A stretch of DNA of 61,030 nt, taken from assembly GCA_041493035.1 (NCBI GenBank), contig JBGPYB010000005.1, positions 1 through 61,030 on the forward strand. Reading direction: 5' to 3'. This document shows positions 1 to 10,034 of the stretch, piece after piece; the first letter of the stretch is position 1; each line of letters begins with the position of its first letter. Below the pieces are notes generated by a model. The model was given only the letters and a program-made list of their open reading frames with translations. It made no database searches and had not been told where the DNA came from. The position numbers and the translations under genes were made by a program. The stretch comes from Vicinamibacteria bacterium (GTDB lineage: Bacteria; Acidobacteriota; Vicinamibacteria; Fen-336).

Positions 1-1189
1 AGCACAGCTCCTCGTCGGTCATCTGGAGGATGTGGGCCAGCCCTCCGATACCGGCGTCGATGAGCTTCTGGACGGTCTTCTCGCCGACGTGGGGCAGGCT
101 GCGCAGCTCTTCGACGATGCGCTCCATGCGCGCCATCTCGGCCTCGACCTCCTGGCGCTTCTCCTCCTCGCTCTTGATGTCGATGCGCCAGCCCACGAGC
201 TTGGCGGCCAGGCGGACGTTCTGGCCCTTCTTGCCGATGGCGAGGGAGAGCTGCTTGTCCTCGACCACGACCTCCATGATCTTCTGCTCTTCGTCGACGA
301 TGGAGACGCGGCTGATCTTGGCCGGGGACAGCGCCTTCTCGACGAAGGCCACGGGGTCGTCGCTCCACTCGACGATGTCGATCTTCTCGCCGCGCAGCTC
401 CCGGATGATGGACTGAACGCGCGTTCCCTTCATGCCGACGCACGCTCCCACGGGATCGACGTCCTTCTCCCGGGAGATCACCGCCACCTTCGCGCGTTCT
501 CCGGCTTCGCGAACGCAGCCCCTGATCTGGACGGTGCCGTCGTAGATTTCCGGAACCTCCATCTCGAAGAGCTTGACGAGCAGTGCCGGGTCGGTCCGGC
601 TCACCACCACCTGCGGGCCCTTCGCCGACTTCAAGACCCGGACGATGGCGACGCGCACGCGGTCGCCCGTCTGATAGGTCTCGGCGCGGCTCTGCTCCTT
701 GCGGGGCAGCACAGCCTCGGCGCGCCCGAGGTCCACGACGAAGTCCCCCATCTCCTGTCGCTTGATGATCCCGTTGATCACCTCGCCCACGCGGCCGGAG
801 TACTCGGCGAAGACGTTGTCGCGCTCGGCCTCGCGGACCTTCTGGAAGATGACCTGCTTCGCCGTCTGCGCGGCGATCCGCCCGAGGATGTCCGTGGGCT
901 TGGGGAACTCGATCTCCTGCCCCACCTCCGCCTCGGCGATGAGCTTCCGCGCCTCGTCGAGGCCGATCTGGGTCTCGGGGGTCTCGACGGTCTCGACGAT
1001 CTGCCGCACGGCGAAGACCTCGATCTGCCCCGTCTCGTTGTTGAAGCGGCTGCGCAGTTCCTCGGCGCCCTTGTAGTACTTCTTCGAAGCCGTGAGGATG
1101 GCGTCCTCGATGGCCGCGATGATCACCTCGGGATTGATGTTCTTCTCCCGGCTGATCTGTTCGATCTGCTGGCGAAGCTGGTTGGGCAT
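1..1189 (-). CDS. nusA: Transcription termination/antitermination factor NusA (3' end runs off the window)
   Basis: Reverse strand from ATG 1189 reads MPNQLRQQIEQISREKNINPEVIIAAIEDAIL..., then LGRIAAQTAKQVI, REAGERAK and DPVGACVGMKG NusA motifs; lies directly downstream of rimP. Confidence 0.96.
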   Translation of the reverse strand, partial: MPNQLRQQIEQISREKNINPEVIIAAIEDAILTASKKYYKGAEELRSRFNNETGQIEVFAVRQIVETVETPETQIGLDEARKLIAEAEVGQEIEFPKPTDILGRIAAQTAKQVIFQKVREAERDNVFAEYSGRVGEVINGIIKRQEMGDFVVDLGRAEAVLPRKEQSRAETYQTGDRVRVAIVRVLKSAKGPQVVVSRTDPALLVKLFEMEVPEIYDGTVQIRGCVREAGERAKVAVISREKDVDPVGACVGMKGTRVQSIIRELRGEKIDIVEWSDDPVAFVEKALSPAKISRVSIVDEEQKIMEVVVEDKQLSLAIGKKGQNVRLAAKLVGWRIDIKSEEEKRQEVEAEMARMERIVEELRSLPHVGEKTVQKLIDAGIGGLAHILQMTDEELC

Positions 1190-1212
1190 GATGTTCCCGT
1201 GTCTTCCTGAGC

Positions 1213-1677
1213 CTAGAATTCCACTTCGAGCCGGCCGTGGGCGATCTTGGAGTAGGGAACGCGCGCCACGGAGCCCCCTTCCTTCTCGAGGGTCACGGAG
1301 AGGACACCCTCGTCGAAGGCCGTCAGGCGGCCTGTCCAGTGGCGACGCCCGTCGACGATGTCGTAACTCGACACCTTCACGAGCTTCCCGACGGCCTTGC
1401 GATAGTCGTTCTCGCCGCGCAGGGGTCGATCGAGGCCGGGGGAGGACACCTCCAACGTGTAGGACGCGGGGACCTTATCCTCGGCGTCGAGGATGGCGGA
1501 GACCTCCTCGGAGACCGACTGGAGCTCGTCCAGACCGATGCCACCCTCCTTGTCCACGAAGAGACGCACGAGATAGTCGCTCCTGTCCCTCTTGACCTCG
1601 ACGTCGGTCAGTTCGTACCCCCGCCCCTCGGTGACCCTCTGGGCCACCGCCCGGACGTGCTCGCTGACGTTTTCCAC
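1213..1677 (-). CDS. rimP: Ribosome maturation factor RimP
   Basis: YTLEVSSPGLDRPL motif; canonical rimP-nusA order. Confidence 0.96.
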   Translation of the reverse strand: MENVSEHVRAVAQRVTEGRGYELTDVEVKRDRSDYLVRLFVDKEGGIGLDELQSVSEEVSAILDAEDKVPASYTLEVSSPGLDRPLRGENDYRKAVGKLVKVSSYDIVDGRRHWTGRLTAFDEGVLSVTLEKEGGSVARVPYSKIAHGRLEVEF

Positions 1678-1695
1678 TTTCAGCTTCGGAACTCC

Positions 1696-1723
1696 AAAAA
1701 AAAGAGTGGGTCGAACCCACTCT
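1696..1723 (-). terminator. rimP leader hairpin / attenuator-like terminator
   Basis: Minus strand AGAGTGGG-TTCGA-CCCACTC-T8: perfect stem then a U-tract about 20 nt upstream of the rimP start; matches the known rimP leader pattern. Confidence 0.8.
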
Positions 1724-1808
1724 GGTGCTGTCTCCCGGAGCTGGAAAAGGAAGGATATCAGGACATTACGACAATTTCAAGGCTCTCGTGCCGTGGCAGG
1801 CCGATCGC

Positions 1809-3230
1809 CTAGGTGACGATCCGGGCGACCAGGTCGTAGTCGTGGGATTCGGTGATTTCGCACGTCACGAAGCTGCCGGGGAGCGCCGACCCGTCATTGA
1901 TGATCACGGCACCGTCGATTTCGGGGGCCTGTCCTGCCGTCCGGCCCCGGAGGAGAAGGTCGGTATCTTCGTGAGTTCCCTCCACGAGGACCTCCACGCG
2001 CTCGCCGACTCGACTCCGGTTTCGACGGGCGGAAAGGCGCTTCTGGAGGGCCATCACCCGTCGCCGGCGGCTCTCCTTGACCCGGGTCGCCACCCGATCC
2101 GGAAGGTCGAAGGATGTGGTGCCCTCCTCGTCGGAGAAGGTGAAGACCCCCACGTTGTCGAAAGCCCCCGCCTTCACGAACTCGAGAAGCTCTTCGAACT
2201 CGTCCTCCGTCTCCCCGGGAAAGCCGACGATGAACGACGTGCGCACCGTGAGACCGGGGACGCGTTCTCGCATCCGCTCGACGAGCCCAAGGAGGTTCCC
2301 TTTGCCCGTCGGCCGCTTCATCCGCCGGAGCACCGAGTCGGCGGCGTGCTGCAACGGGATGTCGACGTACTTGACGACCTTCTCCTCCGAGGCGATGGCG
2401 CCCAAGATGCCGTCGGTCATCGTGGCCGGATAGGCGTACATCACGCGGATCCACCGCAGGCCGTCAATGGCGCCGAGTGCTCGGAGCAACGTGGCGAGCC
2501 CGTCGCGCATCCCCAGGTCCAGACCGTAGCGAGTGGAGTCCTGGGCGATCAGAACCACCTCCTTGACGCCTCGCGCCGCCAGGGCCCGAGCTTCCGCCAC
2601 GATGTCGGCGGTCGGCCGGCTACGATGGCGCCCCCGGAGCGTGGGGATGATGCAGAAGCTGCACGTGTAGTCGCATCCTTCGCTGATCTTCACATAGGCC
2701 ATCCAGGCGGGCGTCGACAGGACGCGGGGTGACTGATGGTCGTAGACCCATTGCGGCAGACCCGTCGCCGCGTCGGTCGTGGTGGCCTCTCCCTCCACCG
2801 CCCGAAGGATGTCGTCGACCTGTCCGGTGCCGAGGGTCGCGTCGATCTCGGGGATCTCGCGGCGCAAGTCCGCGTCGTAGCGTTGGGCCAGGCAACCGGT
2901 CACGACGAGGCGCTTCGCGCGGCCCGATTCCTTCTCGCGCGCCATCTCCAGGATCGTGTCGATCGACTCCTGCTTGGCTCGGTCGATGAAGGCGCAGGTA
3001 TTGACCACGATCACGTCGGCCTGGCGAGCATCGGCGGCGATCTCGTAGCCTCTCTGCCGCAGATGACCGAGCATCACTTCGCTGTCGACGAGATTCTTCG
3101 GACAGCCCAGGCTCACCAGACCGACCTTGGTTGAGCTAGGGGGCGCTGCTCCGGGAACTCCGGCCTCCGGCTCGGCCTTGGACTGGCGCGTGCCGTCGAA
3201 GCGGACCGGCGCCCACACCCCGCTGCTCAT
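1809..3230 (-). CDS. rimO: Ribosomal protein S12 methylthiotransferase RimO
   Basis: SLGCPKNLVDSE, NTCAFI, radical SAM CDYTCSFC and a C-terminal TRAM domain (APEIDG); start placed at ATG 3230 behind AGGAGG. Confidence 0.95.
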   Translation of the reverse strand: MSSGVWAPVRFDGTRQSKAEPEAGVPGAAPPSSTKVGLVSLGCPKNLVDSEVMLGHLRQRGYEIAADARQADVIVVNTCAFIDRAKQESIDTILEMAREKESGRAKRLVVTGCLAQRYDADLRREIPEIDATLGTGQVDDILRAVEGEATTTDAATGLPQWVYDHQSPRVLSTPAWMAYVKISEGCDYTCSFCIIPTLRGRHRSRPTADIVAEARALAARGVKEVVLIAQDSTRYGLDLGMRDGLATLLRALGAIDGLRWIRVMYAYPATMTDGILGAIASEEKVVKYVDIPLQHAADSVLRRMKRPTGKGNLLGLVERMRERVPGLTVRTSFIVGFPGETEDEFEELLEFVKAGAFDNVGVFTFSDEEGTTSFDLPDRVATRVKESRRRRVMALQKRLSARRNRSRVGERVEVLVEGTHEDTDLLLRGRTAGQAPEIDGAVIINDGSALPGSFVTCEITESHDYDLVARIVT

Positions 3231-3258
3231 GATGCTCGGTCCTCCTGACGCCAGGGGC

Positions 3259-3528
3259 CTAGTGGGCCTTCTCGGGGGTGTCGATCTGGTTTCCCCACTC
3301 ACGGAGCTTCTCTCGATCGCTCGTGGCGTAGATCTCGTCGCCAATGTCCGCGACCTGGTCGCCGATCCCCCCCAGCACTTCGAGGTCTTCGCCCTGCTGG
3401 GCGATCAACGAGAGGTGGTGGGCCACGGCGTCGAGGCGCGGGACAGCCTTGTCCATCGCGAGGAGCAGGCCTTCGATCACTTCGACCAGCGCCTTACGAG
3501 AGAGACCGTCGTGCCACGTGGGTTCCAT
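3259..3528 (-). CDS. Small hypothetical helical protein (89 aa)
   Basis: Protein-like amphipathic ORF filling the gap before rimO; TATCAT -10 box 6 nt before the ATG. Confidence 0.65.
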   Translation of the reverse strand: MEPTWHDGLSRKALVEVIEGLLLAMDKAVPRLDAVAHHLSLIAQQGEDLEVLGGIGDQVADIGDEIYATSDREKLREWGNQIDTPEKAH

Positions 3529-3644
3529 CCGAAGATGATAGCGCCTCCGTTGACGCTTTGCGAGCTACGGTTGACCCGCGTCACGCGCGGTCCTAAGATC
3601 CAGCCGCGCGACTCGGCTGCTCGAATCGCGAAGGAGATGAAAAA

Positions 3645-4412
3645 GTGAAGACTGGCGCAAAGATCGCCATCGGCTGCGTAGCGCTCGTGTTCCTGGCCAG
3701 CATGGCCGCCGTCGTGGGTGTCGTGGGCCTCGGCTGGTGGGCCAAGAGCAAGGTCGAGAAATTCACCGGGAACGTCGCCGCGACAGAGGACCACCTCCGG
3801 GAGCTGCACAAGAAAGCCGAGGCGAACGCACCCCGCTTCCAGCAACCCGCGGACGGAGTGATCCAGGAGGATCGACTGGTCAAGTTCCTGGAGGTCCGCA
3901 AGAGGATCTACGCCGTGTACGAGGCCCACAAGGGCGGGTTCGAGGCCGCGGCGAACAATAAGTCAGCGACACCCCTCGATGCGCTGAGCGCCGCCGGAAC
4001 GATGGCCGGCGCCTTGAACGAGGCCCGCATCGCGAAGGCCGAGGGCCTGGTGGCTGAGAGCATGAGCGAGGCGGAGTACGACTTCCTCGTGCAAAGCATC
4101 TACAAGGGAATGTTCGCTTCGGCGATCACTGAGTCCACCGGGACGCAGAGCGTCTCGGAAGCCGCCGGCCAGATGTCGAAGCTCACCGAGGCGCTCTCGA
4201 AGCAGGCCGAGCAGCAGCTCGGCCCCCAGGCCACGGAAGAACAGAAGGAAGCTCTCCGGAAGCAAATCGAGGAGATGCGCGCCCAGGGAGCCCAGGCCCA
4301 GGAAAGTGCGAAGCAGCTCGACATTCCCCCGGCCAACAAGGCCCTCTTCACAAAGTACGAGGCGGACATCAAGAAGTACTCGATGGCCGGGCTCGAGTGG
4401 ATCGGACTCTAG
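3645..4412 (+). CDS. Hypothetical membrane-anchored coiled-coil protein
   Basis: N-terminal TM helix (KIAIGCVALVFL...) and helical body; AGGAG RBS upstream. Confidence 0.8.
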   Translation: MKTGAKIAIGCVALVFLASMAAVVGVVGLGWWAKSKVEKFTGNVAATEDHLRELHKKAEANAPRFQQPADGVIQEDRLVKFLEVRKRIYAVYEAHKGGFEAAANNKSATPLDALSAAGTMAGALNEARIAKAEGLVAESMSEAEYDFLVQSIYKGMFASAITESTGTQSVSEAAGQMSKLTEALSKQAEQQLGPQATEEQKEALRKQIEEMRAQGAQAQESAKQLDIPPANKALFTKYEADIKKYSMAGLEWIGL

Positions 4413-4453
4413 ACGTGGCGTCGCTGAGAATGAGGCTGAGGCTGGAGTAGCGG

Positions 4454-5533
4454 TCAGCGCGCGACGGCGAGAAGCTGTTCGGCCGCGACCACCGCTCCGG
4501 AGAGATCCGGACCTGGCGGAATCGGGCGCGACAGGACGTCCCGAAGCGCGGTCTCGATTCGCCCCGCGAATAGATCGGCATTGCTGACGTGAGCGCAGGG
4601 GACGAGCCGCTCCATTCCCGCCACCAGGATCGGATACTCCGGAAAGTCGCCGCGCTCCGTGTAGACGATGCGGGTCCCGGCTCCGATGGCGTCGGAAACG
4701 ATCCCGTATCCCGGCTTCGTGATCACCACGTCGGCGGCGCCCACGAGATCCTCGAAGCCAAGACCCCGGCTCAGCAGTGATTCCGGGTCCAGTATCTTGA
4801 CGTTCGCGATCTCCACCGCCGGGCCCACAGTCACGAGATCGATTCCTCGAAGGCGCGCAAACGCCTGGGGCTCGAACCCCCCGAAGGCGATTCCGCCGAA
4901 GGAGAGGAGGCCCACCGCGCCGCTGCCGAGGCCGAGGCGCCCACGTGTGTCGCTACGCGAGACCTTTGGCCGCCTCGCCACGAGGGGAATCTCGATGGCC
5001 TTCGGGAAGACCGACAGGTCCCCGGCGAACGGCAGCTTGAGAAGCAGGCCGCAACGTCGGTAGGCGGACGCCGCCCAGGCCGCCGCCTCGTTGAGCACGG
5101 CCTGACGCCGCGCGAGGTGGCGATAGATCCAATCCCAGGAGAAGTTCGCGAGGGCGATGCTCGGGATTCCGACCTCGGCGGCGGCTTCGAAAGCAAGGGG
5201 TGGCACGTCACCCAGAACGACCCGTGCCGTGGAGTGGTGGAGCCAACGCCACTCGGCGTCAACGCGGTCACCGTTCGAATCGTGGAAGGACCGCCACTTC
5301 CCCGCCGTTCCTGCTTCGTCGATGGTCAGGGCGTCCATCTGGGCGAGACCCACGTCGCACTCGAGGGTTCGGAAGGTCAGCGGCCCCGGAATCGCCCGCC
5401 GGAAGAGGGCCTCGGGCGCCGACGTCACCACGGTGAGGGGCATGGCGGGGTCGCGCGTCCGCACCGCGCGCAGCACCTCGCTGACCCGCGTCGCGTGCCC
5501 GTACCCGTGGCCGGAAACGTAGGCGACGATCAT
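4454..5533 (-). CDS. GT-B glycosyltransferase-like protein (similar to L-arabinokinase N-terminal domain)
   Basis: YVSGHGYGHATR, NFSWDWIY and DVVITKPGYGIVS motifs. Confidence 0.8.
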   Translation of the reverse strand: MIVAYVSGHGYGHATRVSEVLRAVRTRDPAMPLTVVTSAPEALFRRAIPGPLTFRTLECDVGLAQMDALTIDEAGTAGKWRSFHDSNGDRVDAEWRWLHHSTARVVLGDVPPLAFEAAAEVGIPSIALANFSWDWIYRHLARRQAVLNEAAAWAASAYRRCGLLLKLPFAGDLSVFPKAIEIPLVARRPKVSRSDTRGRLGLGSGAVGLLSFGGIAFGGFEPQAFARLRGIDLVTVGPAVEIANVKILDPESLLSRGLGFEDLVGAADVVITKPGYGIVSDAIGAGTRIVYTERGDFPEYPILVAGMERLVPCAHVSNADLFAGRIETALRDVLSRPIPPGPDLSGAVVAAEQLLAVAR

Positions 5534-5623
5534 CGGAACTCAGCTACAGCAGGCACGAACCATGAATAAAGGGTAGAGCAGGTTGGGGGGGCAAAGGAAG
5601 CCGCTCCATGCCCTTGGCTGGGG

Positions 5624-6919
5624 CTACGGGTATATCCGGTACAGCATGCGGGGAAACGCGATCGTTTCCCGCAGGTGCTCGATCCCCGCGATCCATGTCA
5701 CCACCCGCTCGATGCCCATCCCGAAGCCGGCATGGGGAAACGTCCCGTATTTTCGCAGGTCCATGTACCAGCGGAACGCTTCCTCGGGAAGGTCGTGCTC
5801 GTGGATGCGCTTCAGCAGGAGTTCGGGGTCCGCGAGGCGCTCCCCTCCGCCCACGATCTCGCCGTATCCCTCGGGAGCCAGGATGTCGGCCGAGAGCGAC
5901 AGCTCGGGACGTTCCGGGTCCGGCGCCATGTAGAAGGCCTTGATGGCCGACGGGAAGCGATGGACCACCACCGGCTTCTCGTGGGCCTCGGCGATTACCG
6001 TCTCGTCGGTCCCGCCGAAATCGCTCCCCCACTCGGTCGCCGAGCCCTTCGCGCGGATGAGCCCGATCGCGTCGTCGTAGTGAAGGCGCGGAAAAGGAGC
6101 CTTCACGTTCTCGAGCTTCGACGTGTCGCGCTCCAGGGTCTTCAGCTCCTCGCGGCGCGTCTCCAGCACGCGTTCCACCACGCGACAGACGAGTCCCTCG
6201 GCAAGGGCCACCGCGTCGTCCAGATGGGCGAAGGCGATCTCGGGCTCGACCATCCAGAACTCCGTGAGGTGGCGGCGGGTCTTGGACTTCTCGGCGCGGA
6301 ACGTCGGGCCGAAGCAATAGACCTTGCCGTGGGCGGCCACCGTGGCCTCGCTGTAAAGCTGGCCGCTCTGGGTCAGATACGCGGTCCCCTCGTCGAAGTA
6401 CGGAACGCCGAAGAGCGTCGTCGTCCCTTCGCAAGCCGCAGGCGTGAAGATCGGAGTGTCGACGAGGGTGTACCCCTGATCGTCGAGAAAATCACGGGCG
6501 GCCTTCACCACGGCGTGGCGGATCCGTGCGATGGCGTGCTGCCGCTGGGAACGGAGCCAGAGGTGGCGATGCTCCATCAGGAACGCGGTGCCGTGGTCCT
6601 TCGGAGTGATCGGGTAGTCGTGGACCGACTGCAAGACGCGGAGGCCCGTCACCTCGACTTCGAATCCGCCCGGCGCCCGCTTGTCCTCCTTCACGCGGCC
6701 GGTCAGCTCGAGCGACGACTCCTGCCCCGCCTTGTCGCCGGCTTCCCAGCCCTCGGCCGGCATGGCGGCTTTGGCCACGACGGCCTGGGCAAACCCGCTC
6801 CCGTCGCGGATGGTGAGGAACTGGAGCTTCCCGCTCGAGCGCTTGTTGTGAATCCAGCCCCGCAGGAGAACCTCCTCCCCCACGTGGTGCTTGAAGTCAC
6901 AAATCCGAACGGTTTCCAT
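5624..6919 (-). CDS. asnS: Asparagine--tRNA ligase
   Basis: OB-fold start, [39 protein letters not shown]. Confidence 0.96.
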   Translation of the reverse strand: METVRICDFKHHVGEEVLLRGWIHNKRSSGKLQFLTIRDGSGFAQAVVAKAAMPAEGWEAGDKAGQESSLELTGRVKEDKRAPGGFEVEVTGLRVLQSVHDYPITPKDHGTAFLMEHRHLWLRSQRQHAIARIRHAVVKAARDFLDDQGYTLVDTPIFTPAACEGTTTLFGVPYFDEGTAYLTQSGQLYSEATVAAHGKVYCFGPTFRAEKSKTRRHLTEFWMVEPEIAFAHLDDAVALAEGLVCRVVERVLETRREELKTLERDTSKLENVKAPFPRLHYDDAIGLIRAKGSATEWGSDFGGTDETVIAEAHEKPVVVHRFPSAIKAFYMAPDPERPELSLSADILAPEGYGEIVGGGERLADPELLLKRIHEHDLPEEAFRWYMDLRKYGTFPHAGFGMGIERVVTWIAGIEHLRETIAFPRMLYRIYP

Positions 6920-7923
6920 CAGGCCAGCTCCTCGATGTGGCGGGCGAGGACGCGGTGAAGCCCCTCCAGCTCGGGGTGGCGGAGCAGGTTCCGCCGCGCG
7001 TTCGCCAGCGTCCTGGGTATGTACGGCAGGTAAACGTCACTCCCGCGAACCGCCGCCATGTAACCGAACGTACCGAGGGCTTTCAGGTTCCGCTGCACCG
7101 AGACGAGCTCGAAGCGGCGGAGGAACGTCTCGCGGGCTTCGCTGGGGAGCGCACGTTGGCGAAACCCCTCGGCCTGGTCCGCGACGAACTCCTCGGAGAG
7201 ATCCACGTACGAGTCGCGCAGGAGAGACGCCAGGTCGTAGGTGGCGGGCCCCATCCGCGCGTCCTGGAAGTCGATCCAGTGAAGTGCCCCGCGGTGGAGC
7301 ATGAGATTGCGGCTGTGGTAGTCGCGATGGCAGAGGACGCGCGGCCAGGATGCGATCTCTTCGGAGAGCCGATGAAAGGCGCCCGAAAGTGTCGCCCGGT
7401 CCTCGACGCTCAGTTTCGCCGCCCGGTGTCCCTCGACGAAATGCGTCAGGAAGTAGTGAAGCTCCCACGACAGCTTCTCGATGTCGAAGGCGATCTGGAA
7501 GCACCCGGCGCGCTCCGGGCCGCGCGTCGCCTCAAGTTGAAGCGTCGCCAGCTGGTCGAGGGCCTCCCGGTACAGGGCCTCGCGAGTCCGCGCGGTCGCG
7601 AGAGCCAGCTCCTCTTGCAACGTCTGGTCGCCGAGGTCTTCCAGCAGGACGATCCCACGGGGGCCGTCGACGCCGAGGACCTCGGGGACGGGAATGCCGT
7701 AGTCCGCCATCAAGGTGCGCACGACCAGGAAGGGCGTCTCTCCGACCGCGAGCGGCTCGGGGTAGAGCGCCAAGACCGCGCTTCCCCCGGCGCTCGCGAT
7801 ACGGAAGTAGCGTCGGGTCGAAGCGTCTCCTGACATCGCCACGACGCTCGGCGGTTCTCCGCGCCCGTGGCCGCGTTCGAAAAGGAAAGCCGCGATCCGA
7901 GGGTCCAGGATCTCTCGGCTCAC
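6919..7923 (-). CDS. amgK: Aminoglycoside-phosphotransferase family / AmgK-like MurNAc/GlcNAc kinase
   Basis: [37 protein letters not shown]; GTG 7923 overlaps the upstream stop (GTGA); paired with a nucleotidyltransferase. Confidence 0.8.
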   Translation of the reverse strand: MSREILDPRIAAFLFERGHGRGEPPSVVAMSGDASTRRYFRIASAGGSAVLALYPEPLAVGETPFLVVRTLMADYGIPVPEVLGVDGPRGIVLLEDLGDQTLQEELALATARTREALYREALDQLATLQLEATRGPERAGCFQIAFDIEKLSWELHYFLTHFVEGHRAAKLSVEDRATLSGAFHRLSEEIASWPRVLCHRDYHSRNLMLHRGALHWIDFQDARMGPATYDLASLLRDSYVDLSEEFVADQAEGFRQRALPSEARETFLRRFELVSVQRNLKALGTFGYMAAVRGSDVYLPYIPRTLANARRNLLRHPELEGLHRVLARHIEELA

Positions 7924-8891
7924 GCTTTGAGCTTCGACCACACCTGACCTCGAGCTGACCTTGTGCCGATGCGGCTCGTCACACCTTCCCCGGCAGCCAC
8001 GCGCGCCCCTGACGTGAGGATGGAGCCACGGACGCGCGCCCGCTCCCCCACCAAGGCGCGCTCCCACAGGACGCTTCCGATGACGCTGGCCCCGGGACCG
8101 ACGCGGCACCCCGCTCCGATCACCGAGCCCACAATACGCGCCCCGGGAGAGATGAGAGTGGACGGATCCACCAGAGATCGGGACGCGCCGCCGGCCGCCA
8201 GCAACGACGTCTGAGCCTTGAGGTAAAGCGCCGGGGTCCCGAGATCGGACCACGCGCCCTTCACCCTCACGCCGAGCAGTCGCGCGCCCTCAGCCAGGAG
8301 CGGCACGTAGAGATCGCGCACGCTGTCGGAGGCGCCTCTCGGCAGGCGATCGAGAAGGGCCGGATCGAGGACATGGACTCCGGCAAAGAGCGAGACCGTG
8401 CCTGCGGCACCGCGCGGGCGGCCGAGAATCGACACGATCCTGCCGTTCGGTCCTGTCACTACGGGCCCGTATGTCTTCGGGTCGGGGTTCGGCCTGAGGG
8501 CCAGAGTCACCTGGGAACCGGAGGCGCGGTGGCGCGCCACCAGTTCCGAAAGGTCGAAGTCGAAGAAGGCGTCGCCGTTCACGAGGAGGAACGGCTCATC
8601 GCCCAGGAAGTCCCGGACCCGGCGCGGCCCGCCTCCGGTGCCGAGGATCCGGCGCTCGTGGGAGAAGACGACACGCAGGCCGAACGCACTTCCGTCCCCG
8701 ACGGCCCGCCGCACTGATGCCGCGCGATGATGGGTGTTGATCACGACGTCGCTCACACCGTGTCGGGCGAGCAGGTCCAGCGTCCAGTGGAGGAGCGGAC
8801 GATTCAGGACGGGAAGCACGGGCTTGGCGCGCAGGGAGCTCAGAGGGCGCATCCGAAGGCCGAGGCCCGCGGCCAGGACCATCGCCTTCAT
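7920..8891 (-). CDS. Sugar-phosphate nucleotidyltransferase (MurU-like) with C-terminal hexapeptide repeats
   Basis: MKAMVLAAGLGLRMRPL, GTGGG, NGD and WSDLGT motifs; left-handed beta-helix-like tail. Confidence 0.85.
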   Translation of the reverse strand: MKAMVLAAGLGLRMRPLSSLRAKPVLPVLNRPLLHWTLDLLARHGVSDVVINTHHRAASVRRAVGDGSAFGLRVVFSHERRILGTGGGPRRVRDFLGDEPFLLVNGDAFFDFDLSELVARHRASGSQVTLALRPNPDPKTYGPVVTGPNGRIVSILGRPRGAAGTVSLFAGVHVLDPALLDRLPRGASDSVRDLYVPLLAEGARLLGVRVKGAWSDLGTPALYLKAQTSLLAAGGASRSLVDPSTLISPGARIVGSVIGAGCRVGPGASVIGSVLWERALVGERARVRGSILTSGARVAAGEGVTSRIGTRSARGQVWSKLKA

Positions 8892-9427
8892 CGATCCCGA
8901 AAGACCATGTCTCCCCGCCCTCCGGCTGCGACGAACAGCGCCACGTAGGAGTCGGTGATGTAGTCGGACGGCCCCAGGCCCAGAGCCCGCGCCGCGGCGT
9001 GGATCGTGGCCAGGGGCCCCTCCACTTCGACGAACGTGCCCACGGGCGTCTCGTCGACGACGATCTCGGCGTCGCGCCAGGCGAAGGACTCGCGATATTT
9101 CTGGTAGCGGAAGGCGGGACGGAAGCCGAGAGCCCCGAGAACGGCCTCGACGGCGTCGGCGTCTCCCACCTCCGACTCGATCTCCTCGCGGCTGCGAACT
9201 CCCTCGACCACGCTTCGGGCGCCTTTGTACGTCAGGACCGCGGCGCCGGGCTCCGTCCGGCGGAGGCGGAGGACGTTCCCCGCTCCGCTGAGCGACCGGC
9301 TGGCGTCGTCGAAGAGGAGGTTGTCCTCGAAGTGGCGCGGCCTTTGGGGCATAGCACCGATGCGCGAAACGGCCTGCCGCGCCGCGTCGGGGCCCGCCAT
9401 GCGGAGCTTGATCTCGGTCTCGGTCAT
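8888..9427 (-). CDS. CYTH-domain protein (class IV adenylate cyclase family)
   Basis: ETEIKLR, LRLRR, LTYKG, YQKYRE, DETPVGTFVEVEG. Confidence 0.9.
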   Translation of the reverse strand: MTETEIKLRMAGPDAARQAVSRIGAMPQRPRHFEDNLLFDDASRSLSGAGNVLRLRRTEPGAAVLTYKGARSVVEGVRSREEIESEVGDADAVEAVLGALGFRPAFRYQKYRESFAWRDAEIVVDETPVGTFVEVEGPLATIHAAARALGLGPSDYITDSYVALFVAAGGRGDMVFRDR

Positions 9428-9458
9428 CGAGCGGCGTCCAGTGGCGCTGGGCGGCGCC

Positions 9459-9956
9459 TCAGGCCACGACGCGGACCTTGATGTCGATCCGATCCTTGGG
9501 GTTGTCGCGGGGGTCCCGAGGCGCGTTCACGATCTTGTCGGCGGCTTCCATCCCGCGGAGCACGCGGCCAAAGGCGGTGTACTGGCGGTCCAGGAAGGCC
9601 GAGTCGGCGACGCAGACGAAGAACTGGCACCCCGCGCTGTCGGGGCTCGACGAGCGCGCCATCGACAGTACGCCGCGCTTGTGGGGCGTTTCGTTGAACT
9701 CGGCCTTGATGGAATAGCCGGGGCCGCCGGTGCCATGGCGCTCACGCGAGGCTTTAACGTCCTTCGTGTTCGGGTCGCCCCCTTGGATCATGAATCCCGG
9801 GATCACGCGGTGGAAGGTCGTGCCGTCGTAGAACCCCTTGCCGGCGAGGTCCAGGAAGTTCTTGACGTGGCCTGGGGCCTTTTCCGGCATGAGCTCGATC
9901 TCGATCTCCCCGAACGTCGTTTCGATGACGACGCGCGGCGCTGCGGCTTCTGTCAC
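9459..9956 (-). CDS. Cyclophilin-type peptidyl-prolyl cis-trans isomerase
   Basis: FYDGTTFHRVIPGFMIQGGDP, LSMAR, SAGCQFF. Confidence 0.95.
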   Translation of the reverse strand: MTEAAAPRVVIETTFGEIEIELMPEKAPGHVKNFLDLAGKGFYDGTTFHRVIPGFMIQGGDPNTKDVKASRERHGTGGPGYSIKAEFNETPHKRGVLSMARSSSPDSAGCQFFVCVADSAFLDRQYTAFGRVLRGMEAADKIVNAPRDPRDNPKDRIDIKVRVVA

Positions 9957-10034
9957 GGTTCCTCCTTGGTGAAGACGAAGACGAGTACGACGCCCGACTC
10001 TAACCGACCGTCGTTCGGAAAGCGACCACCGATC

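Noticed and set aside
32-1210. 392-aa plus-strand ORF
   Set aside because: Antisense shadow of nusA, which carries the recognisable motifs but is missing from the ORF track because it runs off the window
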